Position numbers and translations under genes: made by a program. Below the pieces are notes generated by a model. It ran no database searches. It was not told the DNA's origin and saw nothing but the letters and a program-made list of their open reading frames with translations. 64,000 nucleotides of DNA. It comes from an uncultured Giesbergeria sp. GTDB taxonomy: Bacteria > Pseudomonadota > Gammaproteobacteria > Burkholderiales > Burkholderiaceae_C. This document shows, one piece after another, positions 1 to 9,484 of the stretch. The stretch covers positions 4,005 through 68,004 of the forward strand of contig CANQLC010000015.1 in the NCBI GenBank assembly GCA_947624595.1, given 5' to 3'. The number at the start of each line of letters is the position of its first letter. Within the stretch, counting starts at the first letter, position 1.

Positions 1-1698
1 CAGTAGCGGCACATGGCGCGCGCCTTGCACGCGCTCTACACCATCGAGTTGGGCGATTTGTTTCACCAGCGCTGCGCTGAAGACCGGCGTATCGCTGCTG
101 CGCGCGCCGGCGCTTTGCACGTACAACGGCGCGGGCAGCACGGCGTCCAACCAATCCATCACCGAGCCGCGAAAGCTGCTGACCATCACCGTCAGCGCCA
201 CGGCCAAACTCAGGCTGGCGACGACGCCGCCCACGGCAACCGCCGCTGTGCCGCGCGCCCGCCGAGCGCGCTCCAGCGCCAGCAGCGGCAACAAGCGCTG
301 TTGCACCAGCGGCTGCAGCCCGCGCAGCAGCAGTGCCACGCCCCACGGCAATATCGCAATGCCACCGACCAAGCCCAGCGCAATCGACACATAAGCAGCA
401 ATAGGGATGCCAAATATGGCTGGAAGCCATACCAGTCCTGCGCTAGTAGCTATCAAAATAATACCCCAGCGGCCGGACGGGGCGCGTGTATCGCTCAAGC
501 CCAGCCCTTTGAGCGTTTGCGCCGCCGGCAATGCCTGCGCCGCCCGCGCCGGCCACCAGCCGCCTAGCAGCGCCGCGCCCGTGCCCAGCGCGCCATAAAC
601 CAGTGCTGCCGCCGTGCTGAATTGCAGCACCGGCTGGGTACCAGAAAAATAACCGCCACCCAAATCACCGCCCAGCAACTGCAGTGCGCCCGCCGCCAGC
701 GCCGTGCCCAGCGCAATGCCGCAAGCACTGCCGAGCAGTCCCAGCGCCAGCGATTCAATCAGCACCAACAACAAACGCTGGCGCGGGGTCGCGCCCAGCA
801 CCGCCAGCAGCGCAAACTGCGGTGCGCGCTGCGCCACGCTGAGCGCCAGCACCGAGAACACTAAATACGCGCCGGTAAACAGCGCCACCAAGGCCAGCAC
901 TGTCAAATTCACCCGATAAGCACGTGAAAGTTGGCTGACGCTTTGCGCAGCGTCGCCCGGCTCGGCCCAAATCAGCCCCGTTGGCCAATTGGGCGCAGCT
1001 TGCAATTCTTGGCGAAAGCTGTTGGCCAGTGCGCCGGGGCGCAATTGCACGTCGATACGGCTGAGTTCGCCGATGCGCCCGAGCAGCTCTTGCGCCGCAC
1101 CAATGTCCATGACTGCCAGCGCTGCGCCGCCTGCGGTCACGGTGCCAGCGACGCGCACCGGCAGGCGCTGTAAGCCCACTTGCAGGGTAAGTTGCGGCGC
1201 GTTGGTCGGCGCTTCATCCACCCCCAGCGCCTGGCGTGCCGCGGCGTTGAGAAACACCGTGGCGGGGGCAAACAGCACAAATCGGTCAGGCACCAGACTG
1301 GCAAACGGACGCGGCATCAGATCGGGCGCCATGCGCGGCAGCAGCAGCGCGTCAGTGCCGATCAGGCGCAGCGGGGTTGGCGTGGTGCTGGCCGTCTTGG
1401 TAGGCAAAGCCAGCACCGACACCTCTAGCACCGGCTGAGCACGCGCCACTTGTGGATGGTTGGCGATGCGGGCAAACAGCGCTTCATCCAAACCGCCTTG
1501 CGCCGCGCGCAATTGCAAATCGGGCTGGCCGCTGACGCTGCGCAGTGCCTGCGCAAACTCCCCCAGCGCCGAGGCGTTGATGGTATGTACCGCAAACGCC
1601 AGCGCCACCCCCAGCACCACGGCGCACACGGCAGCCGCGCTGCGCCACGGGTGGTGGCGCAGTTCTTGTAGAGACCAAAGGCGAAGCAAAGCCAGCAT
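1..1698 (-). CDS. ABC transporter permease, FtsX/MacB-like (truncated by window edge)
   Basis: ATG at 1698, reads [37 protein letters not shown]..., hydrophobic TM segments, open frame to position 1; absent from ORF track because no stop in window. Confidence 0.8.
   Translation of the reverse strand, partial: MLALLRLWSLQELRHHPWRSAAAVCAVVLGVALAFAVHTINASALGEFAQALRSVSGQPDLQLRAAQGGLDEALFARIANHPQVARAQPVLEVSVLALPTKTASTTPTPLRLIGTDALLLPRMAPDLMPRPFASLVPDRFVLFAPATVFLNAAARQALGVDEAPTNAPQLTLQVGLQRLPVRVAGTVTAGGAALAVMDIGAAQELLGRIGELSRIDVQLRPGALANSFRQELQAAPNWPTGLIWAEPGDAAQSVSQLSRAYRVNLTVLALVALFTGAYLVFSVLALSVAQRAPQFALLAVLGATPRQRLLLVLIESLALGLLGSACGIALGTALAAGALQLLGGDLGGGYFSGTQPVLQFSTAAALVYGALGTGAALLGGWWPARAAQALPAAQTLKGLGLSDTRAPSGRWGIILIATSAGLVWLPAIFGIPIAAYVSIALGLVGGIAILPWGVALLLRGLQPLVQQRLLPLLALERARRARGTAAVAVGGVVASLSLAVALTVMVSSFRGSVMDWLDAVLPAPLYVQSAGARSSDTPVFSAALVKQIAQLDGVERVQGARHVPLL
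412..464 (+). repeat. REP-like element copy inside permease CDS
   Basis: aaatatggctggaagcca...gcgctagtagctatcaaaataatacc; translated on - strand as [14 protein letters not shown]. Confidence 0.7.
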
Positions 1699-1844
1699 GG
1701 CGGGTATTGTGGCGCGTCGTGCCAGCGCCGCCCTCACTTCTGGAACGCAAGAATTACACCAAGCTACACTCGCGCAGCGCTTTACACCGTGCCCAGCACT
1801 GGCGACACCGCGCTTTTTTTGAATATACAAAAAGGAATTCGACC

Positions 1845-4800
1845 ATGAAAAATTCATGGAAATTTTTGAGCGGCTTGCGACGCACACTTTGGGTGTCCGT
1901 CGCTGGCTTAGCTCTGTCGGCTACCAGTGCTTCGGCCACTGACCGAGTGCTGCTGGGTGAGCCAGCCGGTGTAGGCAAAGCCGCACTAGCGTCGCCGGCG
2001 CTGAGCGCGGCGCTGCAAGAACTGGCCAGTACGGCGCAGAAAAGCGGCTCAGTGCGCGTGATTGTCGGCGTTCGCTCAGCGTTTGCCCCAGAGGCCAAGC
2101 TGCCTGTGGCCGCAGCAGCCCAGCAGCGTAATGAAATTGCCAGCGCGCAATCTGCCGTGCTGTCGCGCCTGCCGCAATTGGCGCAGAAAAACAATGCCGT
2201 GCGGCGTTTTGCCAGCATTCCGTACTTGGCCATGTCAGTGACGGCGCAGGATCTGAAAGCGCTGGAGCAAATGCCCGAAGTCACTTCCATCCAAAGGGAC
2301 AGGGCAGTGCCTGCGACGCTGGTTAACAGCGTGCCTTTCATTGGTGCCACCCCGGCTTTGAACGGCGGCTACAGCGGCGCTGGGCAAGCGGTGGCTGTGC
2401 TGGACACGGGCGTAGAAAAAAACCATCCACTCTTGGCAGGCAAAGTGGTGGCAGAAGCTTGCTACTCCACTACAGACGCTAGCGAAGGCGCTAGTTCTGT
2501 TTGTCCTAGCGGAGTGGCTGAATCCATCGCTGCTGGCTCTGGCGCTCCTTGTGTTGGTGCGGATAGTTGTTCACATGGCACCCATGTGGCCGGCACTGTG
2601 GCGGGTAACGGTGGACCTAGCAACGCTCCTGCTGGTGTTGCCAAAGACGCCAGCATTATTGCGATGCAGGTGTTCTCCAAGTTCAGCACCGAAGATGCTT
2701 GTGGCGTTGGTGAGGCACCTTGTGCGCTGACGTTCAACTCTGACCAAATCATGGCGCTGGAGCAGGTCTATGCGTGGCGCAACACCCACTCTATAGCGGC
2801 GGTCAACATGAGCTTGGGCGGTGGGCGCTACGGCAGCCAGTCCACTTGCGATGCGGACAATGGAGCGGTTAAAGCGGCGATTGATAACCTGCGCGCTGTC
2901 AATATTGCCACCATCATTGCTTCAGGCAACGAAGGTTACGTTGACTCGATGGGAGCGCCGGGTTGTATTTCTAGCGCTATCAGCGTTGGCTCTACGTGGG
3001 CCAAAGCAGGCACTGATAGGTGTGATGCGGTTTCTCCGCCAACGAGCTTTTTAGCAGACGACGTTTCGTGCTTCTCTAACTCCACGAAATTTCTGAGCCT
3101 GCTGGCACCGGGTTCTCAAATCAACTCATCGGTTGTCGGTAGTTTGTATGAAAACTATGCGCAATGGTCCGGCACCTCTATGGCCACGCCCCATGTGGCG
3201 GGTGCATGGGCTGTTTTGAAACAGAAAAAACCTACTGCCTCGGTCGAAGAAGTCTTCAATGCTTTCGTGACTACGGGGAAATGGGTCACTGACCGGCGCA
3301 ATGGCATTGCCAAGCCGCGCATCCAAGTAGCGCAGGCTTTGGCTGCAATCAGTGGCAACGTTAGTTATGCTTTAACCGTGACCAAGTCGGGTGGCGGTGT
3401 GGTGACGAGCCAGCCCGCTGGCATTGATTGCGGCACAACTTGCTCCAGCACCTTTGGCGCCAATAGCAGCGTGACATTGACCGCCGCTGCTTCTGGCAGC
3501 GGCGCTTTTACCGGTTGGGGCGGCGCTTGTGCCGGCAGCACCAACACTTGCACCGTGAGCATGGACGTTGCGCGCAATGTGAGCGCTAGTTTTGCGGCAA
3601 CGCCCAACACGCGGCTGGTGGCTTTGGGCAAATCAGGCCAAGGGACGGTGACCAGCTCGCCTAGCGGCATCCAATGCGACTCTTCTTGCGGTGGCGTCTC
3701 GGCGAGTTTTCCTGCTACCAGCGCCATTGTTTTGAGCGCTAGCCCGGCTGCCGGCAATACCTTTGCCGGCTGGAGCGGCGCTTGCAGTGGCGTGGGCCAG
3801 TGCAACATCGCTGCGGGCACCAGCATCGCTAACGTTACCGCTATTTTCAATGCCAGCGGTGGCGGCAATAACAGCGAGCCGGTAACGCTGCTGAATGAAA
3901 TGGGCCTTTCGGGCGCTGCTGGCGCTTCTTCGCGCTTCACCGTGTCTGTGCCTGCGAGCGCGACCAATTTGGTGGTTACCGCCTCAGGCGGTACAGGCGA
4001 CATCGATTTGTATGTCAAATTTGGTGCTGCGCCGACCTTGACGTCTTACGACTGCAAATCTGATCAGCAAGGCAATGCAGAAAGCTGCGGCATGGCAACA
4101 CCCCGTTCGGGCAATTACCACATCTTGCTCAACAGCTTTGCAAGCTACAAAAACGTCACGTTGCGCGCCACCTACCGCCTGCCCAACACCAAAGCCAGCT
4201 TGAGCGTGACCAAGACGGGCGCTGGTCAAGGCGTGGTGCAGTCGGTATCGAGCTTTGCCGCGCAAACGTTTTCAGTGGACGGCTTGTCTCGTCCCAGCAT
4301 CGTGGGCGGAGCGCCTGCCCAACAAGGCGCTTGGCCTTGGCAAGTGCGTTTGAGCATCACTACCCACGAAGGCACCTTCTTGTGCGGCGGCTCGCTGCTG
4401 TCTGACCAATGGGTGCTTACGGCGGCGCATTGCATTGAGGACGCTGGTGCCACTGTCAGCCCAGCCAACATTACGGTGCGCGCTGGTTCGCTGCAGCAAG
4501 ACAGTGGCGGCGTAGTAATGGGCGTGGGCCGCGTTATCAAACACCATGCCTATGAGCCAGTGACGACCGACAACGATATTGCTTTGCTGCGCTTGTCCAG
4601 TCCTCTGCCGTTGTCAAAAACCATTAGCCCGATAGCGCCCCTGTCTGCCTCGCAAGAGCAGCAACTGGCTGCTGCCAATACCTTGGCAACCGTCACCGGC
4701 TGGGGAACTACCAGCCCCGGCGGCACTGCTTCAGCGACTTTGATGCAGGCGCAGGTACCGCTGATAAGCATGAGCGACTGCGCTAACCAATCGGCTTACG

Positions 4801-5900
4801 GCAGCGGCCAGTTGTCGGACAACATGATCTGCGCTGGCTACAAGCAAGGCGGCAAAGACGCCTGCCAAGGTGACAGCGGCGGCCCTTTGGTGGTGCCTAA
4901 TGGCCAAGGCGGTCATGTGCTGGCAGGCATTGTGAGCTGGGGAGAGAGCTGCGCGGCACCCGACTACCCCGGTATCTATACCCGGGTTGCCAATTACCAG
5001 CCTTGGCTGCAAACACACACCCAACTGGCCTTGGGCGCGCCTTTGCTTGACTGTGGCAGCGTTTGCGTGGCCAGCGTGGAGACCAACACCACCATCACCT
5101 TGCGCGCCCAAGCCAGCAACGGCAGCAATTTTGCCGGCTGGAGCGGTGCTTGCAGTGGCACAGCCGATACGTGTACGGTGACGTTGAACAGCGCTCGCAG
5201 CGTGACGGCCAACTTCAGTAGCAACGGCTTTGATCCACTGCACGAGCACGCTGATTTCGTCACACAACAGTACCAAGACTTGTTAGGCCGCAAGCCCGAT
5301 AGCGCCACGTTGGATGCCTGGGTGGGTTTTCTGCAGGCGGGTGCAGTGACACGCGCACAGTTCATTGAGTCACTGATGAATTCCAACGAATTCAAGGGCC
5401 GCCTTGACCCGATCGTGCGCCTGTATACCGCCTACTTCAAACGCCTGCCGGACTACAGCGGCCTGATGTATTGGCTGAACCGCATGTACCCCGATAGCGG
5501 CGCTGGTTTGGATTTGTGGAAGGTATCTGACTCTTTTGCCCAGTCAGAAGAATTTATCAATACCTATGGCCCGCTCAACAACACCGCTTTTATTACCCGT
5601 GTCTACCAAAACGTGCTGGGCCGTGATCCGGAGGCTGAAGGGTATGCGTATTGGATGGGTCGCTTAAACAGTGGTATGCCGCGCGGCGAGGTGATGTTGG
5701 GCTTCTCAGAATCGGCTGAGAACCAACAGGCCAATGCCTCTTCGCAGCTTGTTACGGCGGTCTATGTCGGTCTGTTGCGACGCACCCCTAATGGTGCAGA
5801 ACATGCCCGGGCGCTGAGTGATATCCAGTCGGGCCGCGCCAGCGTGCTCAACCTGATCGATAGTCTGCTGAGGTCGTCCGAGTACGCTGCACGCTTTTAA
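1845..5900 (+). CDS. Secreted multidomain protease: signal peptide, I9-like prodomain, S8 subtilisin, InlB-like B-repeats, PPC domain, S1 trypsin domain, DUF4214 repeats
   Basis: AAGGA before ATG 1845; S8 motifs [24 protein letters not shown]; S1 motifs [28 protein letters not shown]; repeats xTVTKxGxGxVTS...FxGWxGAC; C-terminal QxY...LGRxPD / F..SxEF repeats. Confidence 0.88.
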   Translation: MKNSWKFLSGLRRTLWVSVAGLALSATSASATDRVLLGEPAGVGKAALASPALSAALQELASTAQKSGSVRVIVGVRSAFAPEAKLPVAAAAQQRNEIASAQSAVLSRLPQLAQKNNAVRRFASIPYLAMSVTAQDLKALEQMPEVTSIQRDRAVPATLVNSVPFIGATPALNGGYSGAGQAVAVLDTGVEKNHPLLAGKVVAEACYSTTDASEGASSVCPSGVAESIAAGSGAPCVGADSCSHGTHVAGTVAGNGGPSNAPAGVAKDASIIAMQVFSKFSTEDACGVGEAPCALTFNSDQIMALEQVYAWRNTHSIAAVNMSLGGGRYGSQSTCDADNGAVKAAIDNLRAVNIATIIASGNEGYVDSMGAPGCISSAISVGSTWAKAGTDRCDAVSPPTSFLADDVSCFSNSTKFLSLLAPGSQINSSVVGSLYENYAQWSGTSMATPHVAGAWAVLKQKKPTASVEEVFNAFVTTGKWVTDRRNGIAKPRIQVAQALAAISGNVSYALTVTKSGGGVVTSQPAGIDCGTTCSSTFGANSSVTLTAAASGSGAFTGWGGACAGSTNTCTVSMDVARNVSASFAATPNTRLVALGKSGQGTVTSSPSGIQCDSSCGGVSASFPATSAIVLSASPAAGNTFAGWSGACSGVGQCNIAAGTSIANVTAIFNASGGGNNSEPVTLLNEMGLSGAAGASSRFTVSVPASATNLVVTASGGTGDIDLYVKFGAAPTLTSYDCKSDQQGNAESCGMATPRSGNYHILLNSFASYKNVTLRATYRLPNTKASLSVTKTGAGQGVVQSVSSFAAQTFSVDGLSRPSIVGGAPAQQGAWPWQVRLSITTHEGTFLCGGSLLSDQWVLTAAHCIEDAGATVSPANITVRAGSLQQDSGGVVMGVGRVIKHHAYEPVTTDNDIALLRLSSPLPLSKTISPIAPLSASQEQQLAAANTLATVTGWGTTSPGGTASATLMQAQVPLISMSDCANQSAYGSGQLSDNMICAGYKQGGKDACQGDSGGPLVVPNGQGGHVLAGIVSWGESCAAPDYPGIYTRVANYQPWLQTHTQLALGAPLLDCGSVCVASVETNTTITLRAQASNGSNFAGWSGACSGTADTCTVTLNSARSVTANFSSNGFDPLHEHADFVTQQYQDLLGRKPDSATLDAWVGFLQAGAVTRAQFIESLMNSNEFKGRLDPIVRLYTAYFKRLPDYSGLMYWLNRMYPDSGAGLDLWKVSDSFAQSEEFINTYGPLNNTAFITRVYQNVLGRDPEAEGYAYWMGRLNSGMPRGEVMLGFSESAENQQANASSQLVTAVYVGLLRRTPNGAEHARALSDIQSGRASVLNLIDSLLRSSEYAARF

Positions 5901-5927
5901 ACAGCGTAGCTTTTAGCACCTTACGGC

Positions 5928-5982
5928 GCTATAAATTTAATAGCCCTTAGCGCTTGTACTGCAAGCTCTAGGGGCTTTTTTA
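5928..5982 (-). repeat. REP-like element copy, followed by T-run (may double as terminator of protease gene)
   Basis: gctat-aaattta-atagc ccttagcgcttgtactgcaagctctaggggctttttt. Confidence 0.65.
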
Positions 5983-6015
5983 TACACCTGCTCACAAGCC
6001 TTAGTAGCCCTGCGT

Positions 6016-6041
6016 CTTGAAGATCCCGGCATTTGCCCTAT
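6016..6041 (+). promoter_or_regulatory. sigma32 (RpoH) promoter of hsp20
   Basis: CTTGAA-N14-CCCTAT, close to the RpoH consensus CTTGAA-N13-14-CCCCAT, upstream of a small heat-shock gene. Confidence 0.75.
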
Positions 6042-6068
6042 GTGCAGATGAGACTGGCTCAGTCCAGT

Positions 6069-6096
6069 CTTTTTTTGTCAACCCTGTCAAAAGGAG
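6069..6096 (+). promoter_or_regulatory. Putative fourU-type RNA thermometer occluding hsp20 RBS
   Basis: CTTTTTTTG (6069-6077) pairs with CAAAAGGAG (6088-6096), UUUU opposite AGGA. Confidence 0.5.
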
Positions 6097-6103
6097 ATTT
6101 GTC

Positions 6104-6532
6104 ATGAATGCATTGGTCGGTCGTGGTGGTTTGTTGGATGATTTCTTCAAAGACATTAACCCCGGTTTTTATATTCGCCCGCTGCATGGTGACCCGCTGC
6201 CTACGCCGAGCCAGATTAAGGTCGATGTGGCGGAGACGGATACCGGCTATGTCATCAGCGCTGAAGTCCCTGGCGTGGCTAAAGAGGACATCCACGTTTC
6301 GCTCGATGGCAACGTGGTCAGCCTGCGCGCTGAAATCTGCCAGCAAGACAAGCAGTCCAAGGATGAAAAAGTGCTGCGCTCAGAGCGCTACTTTGGCTCG
6401 GTAGCGCGCAGCTTTCAGTTGCCCACCGATATTGATGCCGGGCAGGCCAAGGCCAAGTACGAGCACGGCGTGTTGACGCTGACGTTGCCGAAAAAGCTCG
6501 GCGGCACGGCGCAGCGCTTGGCGATTGAATAA
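6104..6532 (+). CDS. Hsp20/alpha-crystallin small heat-shock protein
   Basis: RBS AAGGAG; alpha-crystallin motifs AEVPGVAKEDI, ERYFGSVARSFQLP, AKYEHGVLTLTLPK. Confidence 0.93.
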   Translation: MNALVGRGGLLDDFFKDINPGFYIRPLHGDPLPTPSQIKVDVAETDTGYVISAEVPGVAKEDIHVSLDGNVVSLRAEICQQDKQSKDEKVLRSERYFGSVARSFQLPTDIDAGQAKAKYEHGVLTLTLPKKLGGTAQRLAIE

Positions 6533-6544
6533 CGCTCAGGCGCT

Positions 6545-7198
6545 TTAAGCTGGCGCGATGCCGTTAGCGCTCAAGCGCAGCACCCGGTCGGCGCGGGCAG
6601 CTGCGCTGTCTGAGTGCGTCACCAGCACCAGCGCAGCGCCTTGTTGACGGGTTTGCGCCAGCAGCAAGTCCATTGTGCGTGCCGCTGTGCTGGGGTCGAG
6701 GTTGCCCGTTGGCTCGTCGGCCAGCAACAGCGCGGGGCGATGCACCAGCGCCCGCGCCAAGGCCACGCGCTGCAGCTGGCCGCCGCTTAACTGCTGGGGC
6801 AGGCGTGCGCCCAAGTCATCCAAGCCGACCGCGTCCAGCATTTGCTGCACCCGCGCCGTATCCGGGCGGCCCAGCAGCAGCAGCGGCAGAGCGACGTTTT
6901 GCGCAACATCAAGGTGCGGCAACACGTGAAACGCTTGGAACACAAATCCCACCTGTGCGCGCCGCCACAGCGCGCGCTGGGTTTCGTCCAGCGTGCCTAA
7001 GTCGGTATCGCCGTGGGTAATGCGGCCACTGTCCCAGTCGTCCAGCCCCGCCAAGCAGTTGAGCAGCGTCGATTTACCCACTCCCGAGTCGCCGACGATG
7101 GCGATGAACTCCCCCGGCGGCACGCTGAAGCTGACGTTGCTGAACACCGCGCTGCTGCCGTAGCGCTTGCCCAAGTTGGTGACTTGCAGGGTGCTCAT
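6545..7198 (-). CDS. ABC transporter ATP-binding protein (LolD/MacB-like)
   Basis: Walker A GDSGVGKS, signature LSGGQLQR, Walker [13 protein letters not shown]; ATG overlaps miaA stop. Confidence 0.92.
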   Translation of the reverse strand: MSTLQVTNLGKRYGSSAVFSNVSFSVPPGEFIAIVGDSGVGKSTLLNCLAGLDDWDSGRITHGDTDLGTLDETQRALWRRAQVGFVFQAFHVLPHLDVAQNVALPLLLLGRPDTARVQQMLDAVGLDDLGARLPQQLSGGQLQRVALARALVHRPALLLADEPTGNLDPSTAARTMDLLLAQTRQQGAALVLVTHSDSAAARADRVLRLSANGIAPA

Positions 7199-8187
7199 TC
7201 TTTGGAGTCCAGCCGTTGCAGCACCGCTTGCACCAGTTGGGCGGTGGCGTTGGAGTGGTCGCAGGCAATTACTTGGCGCTCGGTCATGCTGCGCAGCCAC
7301 GTCACTTGGCGTTTGGCGAGCTGGCGCGTGGCGATGATGCCGCGTTCGCGCAGCTCGGTGGTGTCCAGCGGCGTGCCATGCGCGGCGGCGGCTTGCGCGT
7401 CCAGCGCCTGCCACGCTTGGCGGTAGCCGACGCAGCGCATCGAGGGCAAATCCGGGTGCAGGTCGCCGCGTGCGCGCAGTTGGCGTACTTCGTCGATAAA
7501 GTCTTGTTGCAACATGCTGTCAAAGCGCAGGGCGATGCGCTCGTGCAGCCAAGCCCGGTCTTGTGGTTCTAAGGAAAAAAGGTCTCTAGCCCTTATGGGA
7601 CTTGCGCTAGCAGCTATGGTTTTTGATGTGTGAAAGCTCGATAACGGTCGCCCTGATATTTGCCACACCTCCAGCGCGCGCTGAATGCGTTGGCTGTCGG
7701 CAGGTGCTAAGCGCGCGGCGGTGATCGGATCGATCTGCGCCAGATTGGCGTGCAGCGCTGGCCAGCCGCGCTCTAGCGCCTGGGCCTCAATCTGTGCGCG
7801 CACAGCGGGGTCGGCGGCGGGCATGTCGTCAATGCCGTCAATCAGCGCTTTGAAATACAACATGGTGCCACCCACCAGCAGCGGCAGTGCGCCGCGGGCG
7901 CGGATCTTGGCAATCAGTTGTGTGGCATCGCGCACAAATTCGGCGGCGCTGTAGGCGTGCAGCGGGTCGCGGATGTCGATCAGGTGGTGCGCCACGGCGG
8001 CGCGCTCGTGCGCCGTTGGTTTGGCGCTGCCAATGTCCATGCCCCGGTACACCAAGGCCGAATCGACGCTGATGATTTCGACCGGTAAGTGCCGTGCCAG
8101 CACGGCGGCCACAGCCAGCGCACCGGCGGTTTTGCCCGAGGCGGTGGGGCCTGTAATTGCCAAGCAAGGTAGGTTGGGTTTATTCAC
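7195..8187 (-). CDS. miaA: tRNA dimethylallyltransferase
   Basis: [48 protein letters not shown]; GTG start chosen at 8187. Confidence 0.95.
   Translation of the reverse strand: MNKPNLPCLAITGPTASGKTAGALAVAAVLARHLPVEIISVDSALVYRGMDIGSAKPTAHERAAVAHHLIDIRDPLHAYSAAEFVRDATQLIAKIRARGALPLLVGGTMLYFKALIDGIDDMPAADPAVRAQIEAQALERGWPALHANLAQIDPITAARLAPADSQRIQRALEVWQISGRPLSSFHTSKTIAASASPIRARDLFSLEPQDRAWLHERIALRFDSMLQQDFIDEVRQLRARGDLHPDLPSMRCVGYRQAWQALDAQAAAAHGTPLDTTELRERGIIATRQLAKRQVTWLRSMTERQVIACDHSNATAQLVQAVLQRLDSKE
7575..7629 (+). repeat. REP-like element copy inside miaA
   Basis: aaaaaaggtctctagcccttatgggacttgcgctagcagctatggtttttgat; encodes [17 protein letters not shown]. Confidence 0.85.
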
Positions 8188-9421
8188 GGGGTTCTCCAAA
8201 GCGCGGCACCAAAATCCAAGCGACAGCGCCGAGCACCAGCGACCAAAACCACACGCCATAGACCAGCGGCCAGACCGTGCCGTCCAAGTGCCGACCGACC
8301 CAGCCGCCCATCGCAAAGGCGGCCAACATCATCATGAAACCGTTCAGCGCCGAGGCCATGCCGGCGGCTTGTGGAAAGGGACCGACCGCGCCGGATTGTC
8401 CGCACGGCTGGTGGATGCCGTGGCCGAGCATGAACAGATAAAACGGCAGCAGCAGCGCCCACGGCTGGTGCCAGCCCAAAGCCGCGACCCCCACCAGCAG
8501 CGTGCCGCCGCTGACGCTCAAACCCGCCGCTAACACCACGGTGCGCTTGAGGCCGTGGCGCGCCAGCAGATAGCGGCAAAAAAAGGTGCCGACAAAGTAG
8601 GCCAGTGCGCTCGACAGCAGCACCCAGCTGTATTGGGTGCGGGTGAGCCCGAGCACTTCAATAAAGACAAACGACGAAGCCGCTAAAAACGTAAACAGCC
8701 CACCGTAACTGGCGGTGGTCAGCAGCGAAAACGCCCAGAACGTGGGGTGGCGCAGCACTGTCAACCAAGTGCGCAGCAGCGTGGCCGGTTGCAGGGCGCG
8801 TGGGTTTTTGTTTTGCAGCGTTTCGGGCAGGCGCAGCGCAACCAGCGCCAGCGTGACCAGCGCATAGGCGGTGAGCGCCAACAGCGCCGCGCGCCAGCCC
8901 AGCCACTCGGTCAGCCATCCGCCGATGGGGGCGCACACACAGGCGATGATGCCCAGCCCGGTCAGCGCTTTGGACATGGCGCGTGCGCCGGTCAGCGGGT
9001 TATAGAGGTCGCGCACGATGGCGCGGGCGCACATCACCACCGCGCCCATCGCCGCGCCTTGGGCAATGCGCCAGCCAATTAACAGCTCCATCGACGCCGC
9101 CCAAGCGCTGCCTACCGAAGCTAGTGTGTACAAAATTAAGCCCGTCAATAACACTGGACGGCGGCCAAAGCGGTCAGATAGTGGCCCCCAAATTAATTGC
9201 GAGCTACCAAACGCCAGCAGCAGCGCGCTCAGCGTGAGCTGCCCGGCCGCAACGGGTGCGCCCAAGCTGCGTGTGAGCGCCGGCAAGGCGGGCAAATACA
9301 GATCGGTGGTGACGGGTTGGATGCTCAGCAGCAGCGTGAGCACCATGATGGCCATGCCGGGCGCGATGCTGGCAGGCACAGCAGAGTCAGTGCGCGCAGG
9401 AGAAATAGCAGGGGTAGACAT
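8180..9421 (-). CDS. Bcr/CflA-family MFS drug efflux transporter
   Basis: [28 protein letters not shown] motifs; about 12 TM segments. Confidence 0.88.
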   Translation of the reverse strand: MSTPAISPARTDSAVPASIAPGMAIMVLTLLLSIQPVTTDLYLPALPALTRSLGAPVAAGQLTLSALLLAFGSSQLIWGPLSDRFGRRPVLLTGLILYTLASVGSAWAASMELLIGWRIAQGAAMGAVVMCARAIVRDLYNPLTGARAMSKALTGLGIIACVCAPIGGWLTEWLGWRAALLALTAYALVTLALVALRLPETLQNKNPRALQPATLLRTWLTVLRHPTFWAFSLLTTASYGGLFTFLAASSFVFIEVLGLTRTQYSWVLLSSALAYFVGTFFCRYLLARHGLKRTVVLAAGLSVSGGTLLVGVAALGWHQPWALLLPFYLFMLGHGIHQPCGQSGAVGPFPQAAGMASALNGFMMMLAAFAMGGWVGRHLDGTVWPLVYGVWFWSLVLGAVAWILVPRFGEPRE

Positions 9422-9484
9422 CGGATTGAGCGTACCAGAGCCTTTAGCCCCGGCGCGCCCAATCTAGCTATAGACGCAAAGAGC

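Noticed and set aside
1707-1844. Upstream extensions given by the ORF track (also miaA, mutL, amiC, queG, coaBC, bamC, MFS, hsp20)
   Set aside because: They overlap neighbours or lack an RBS; downstream starts match family N-termini or signal peptides
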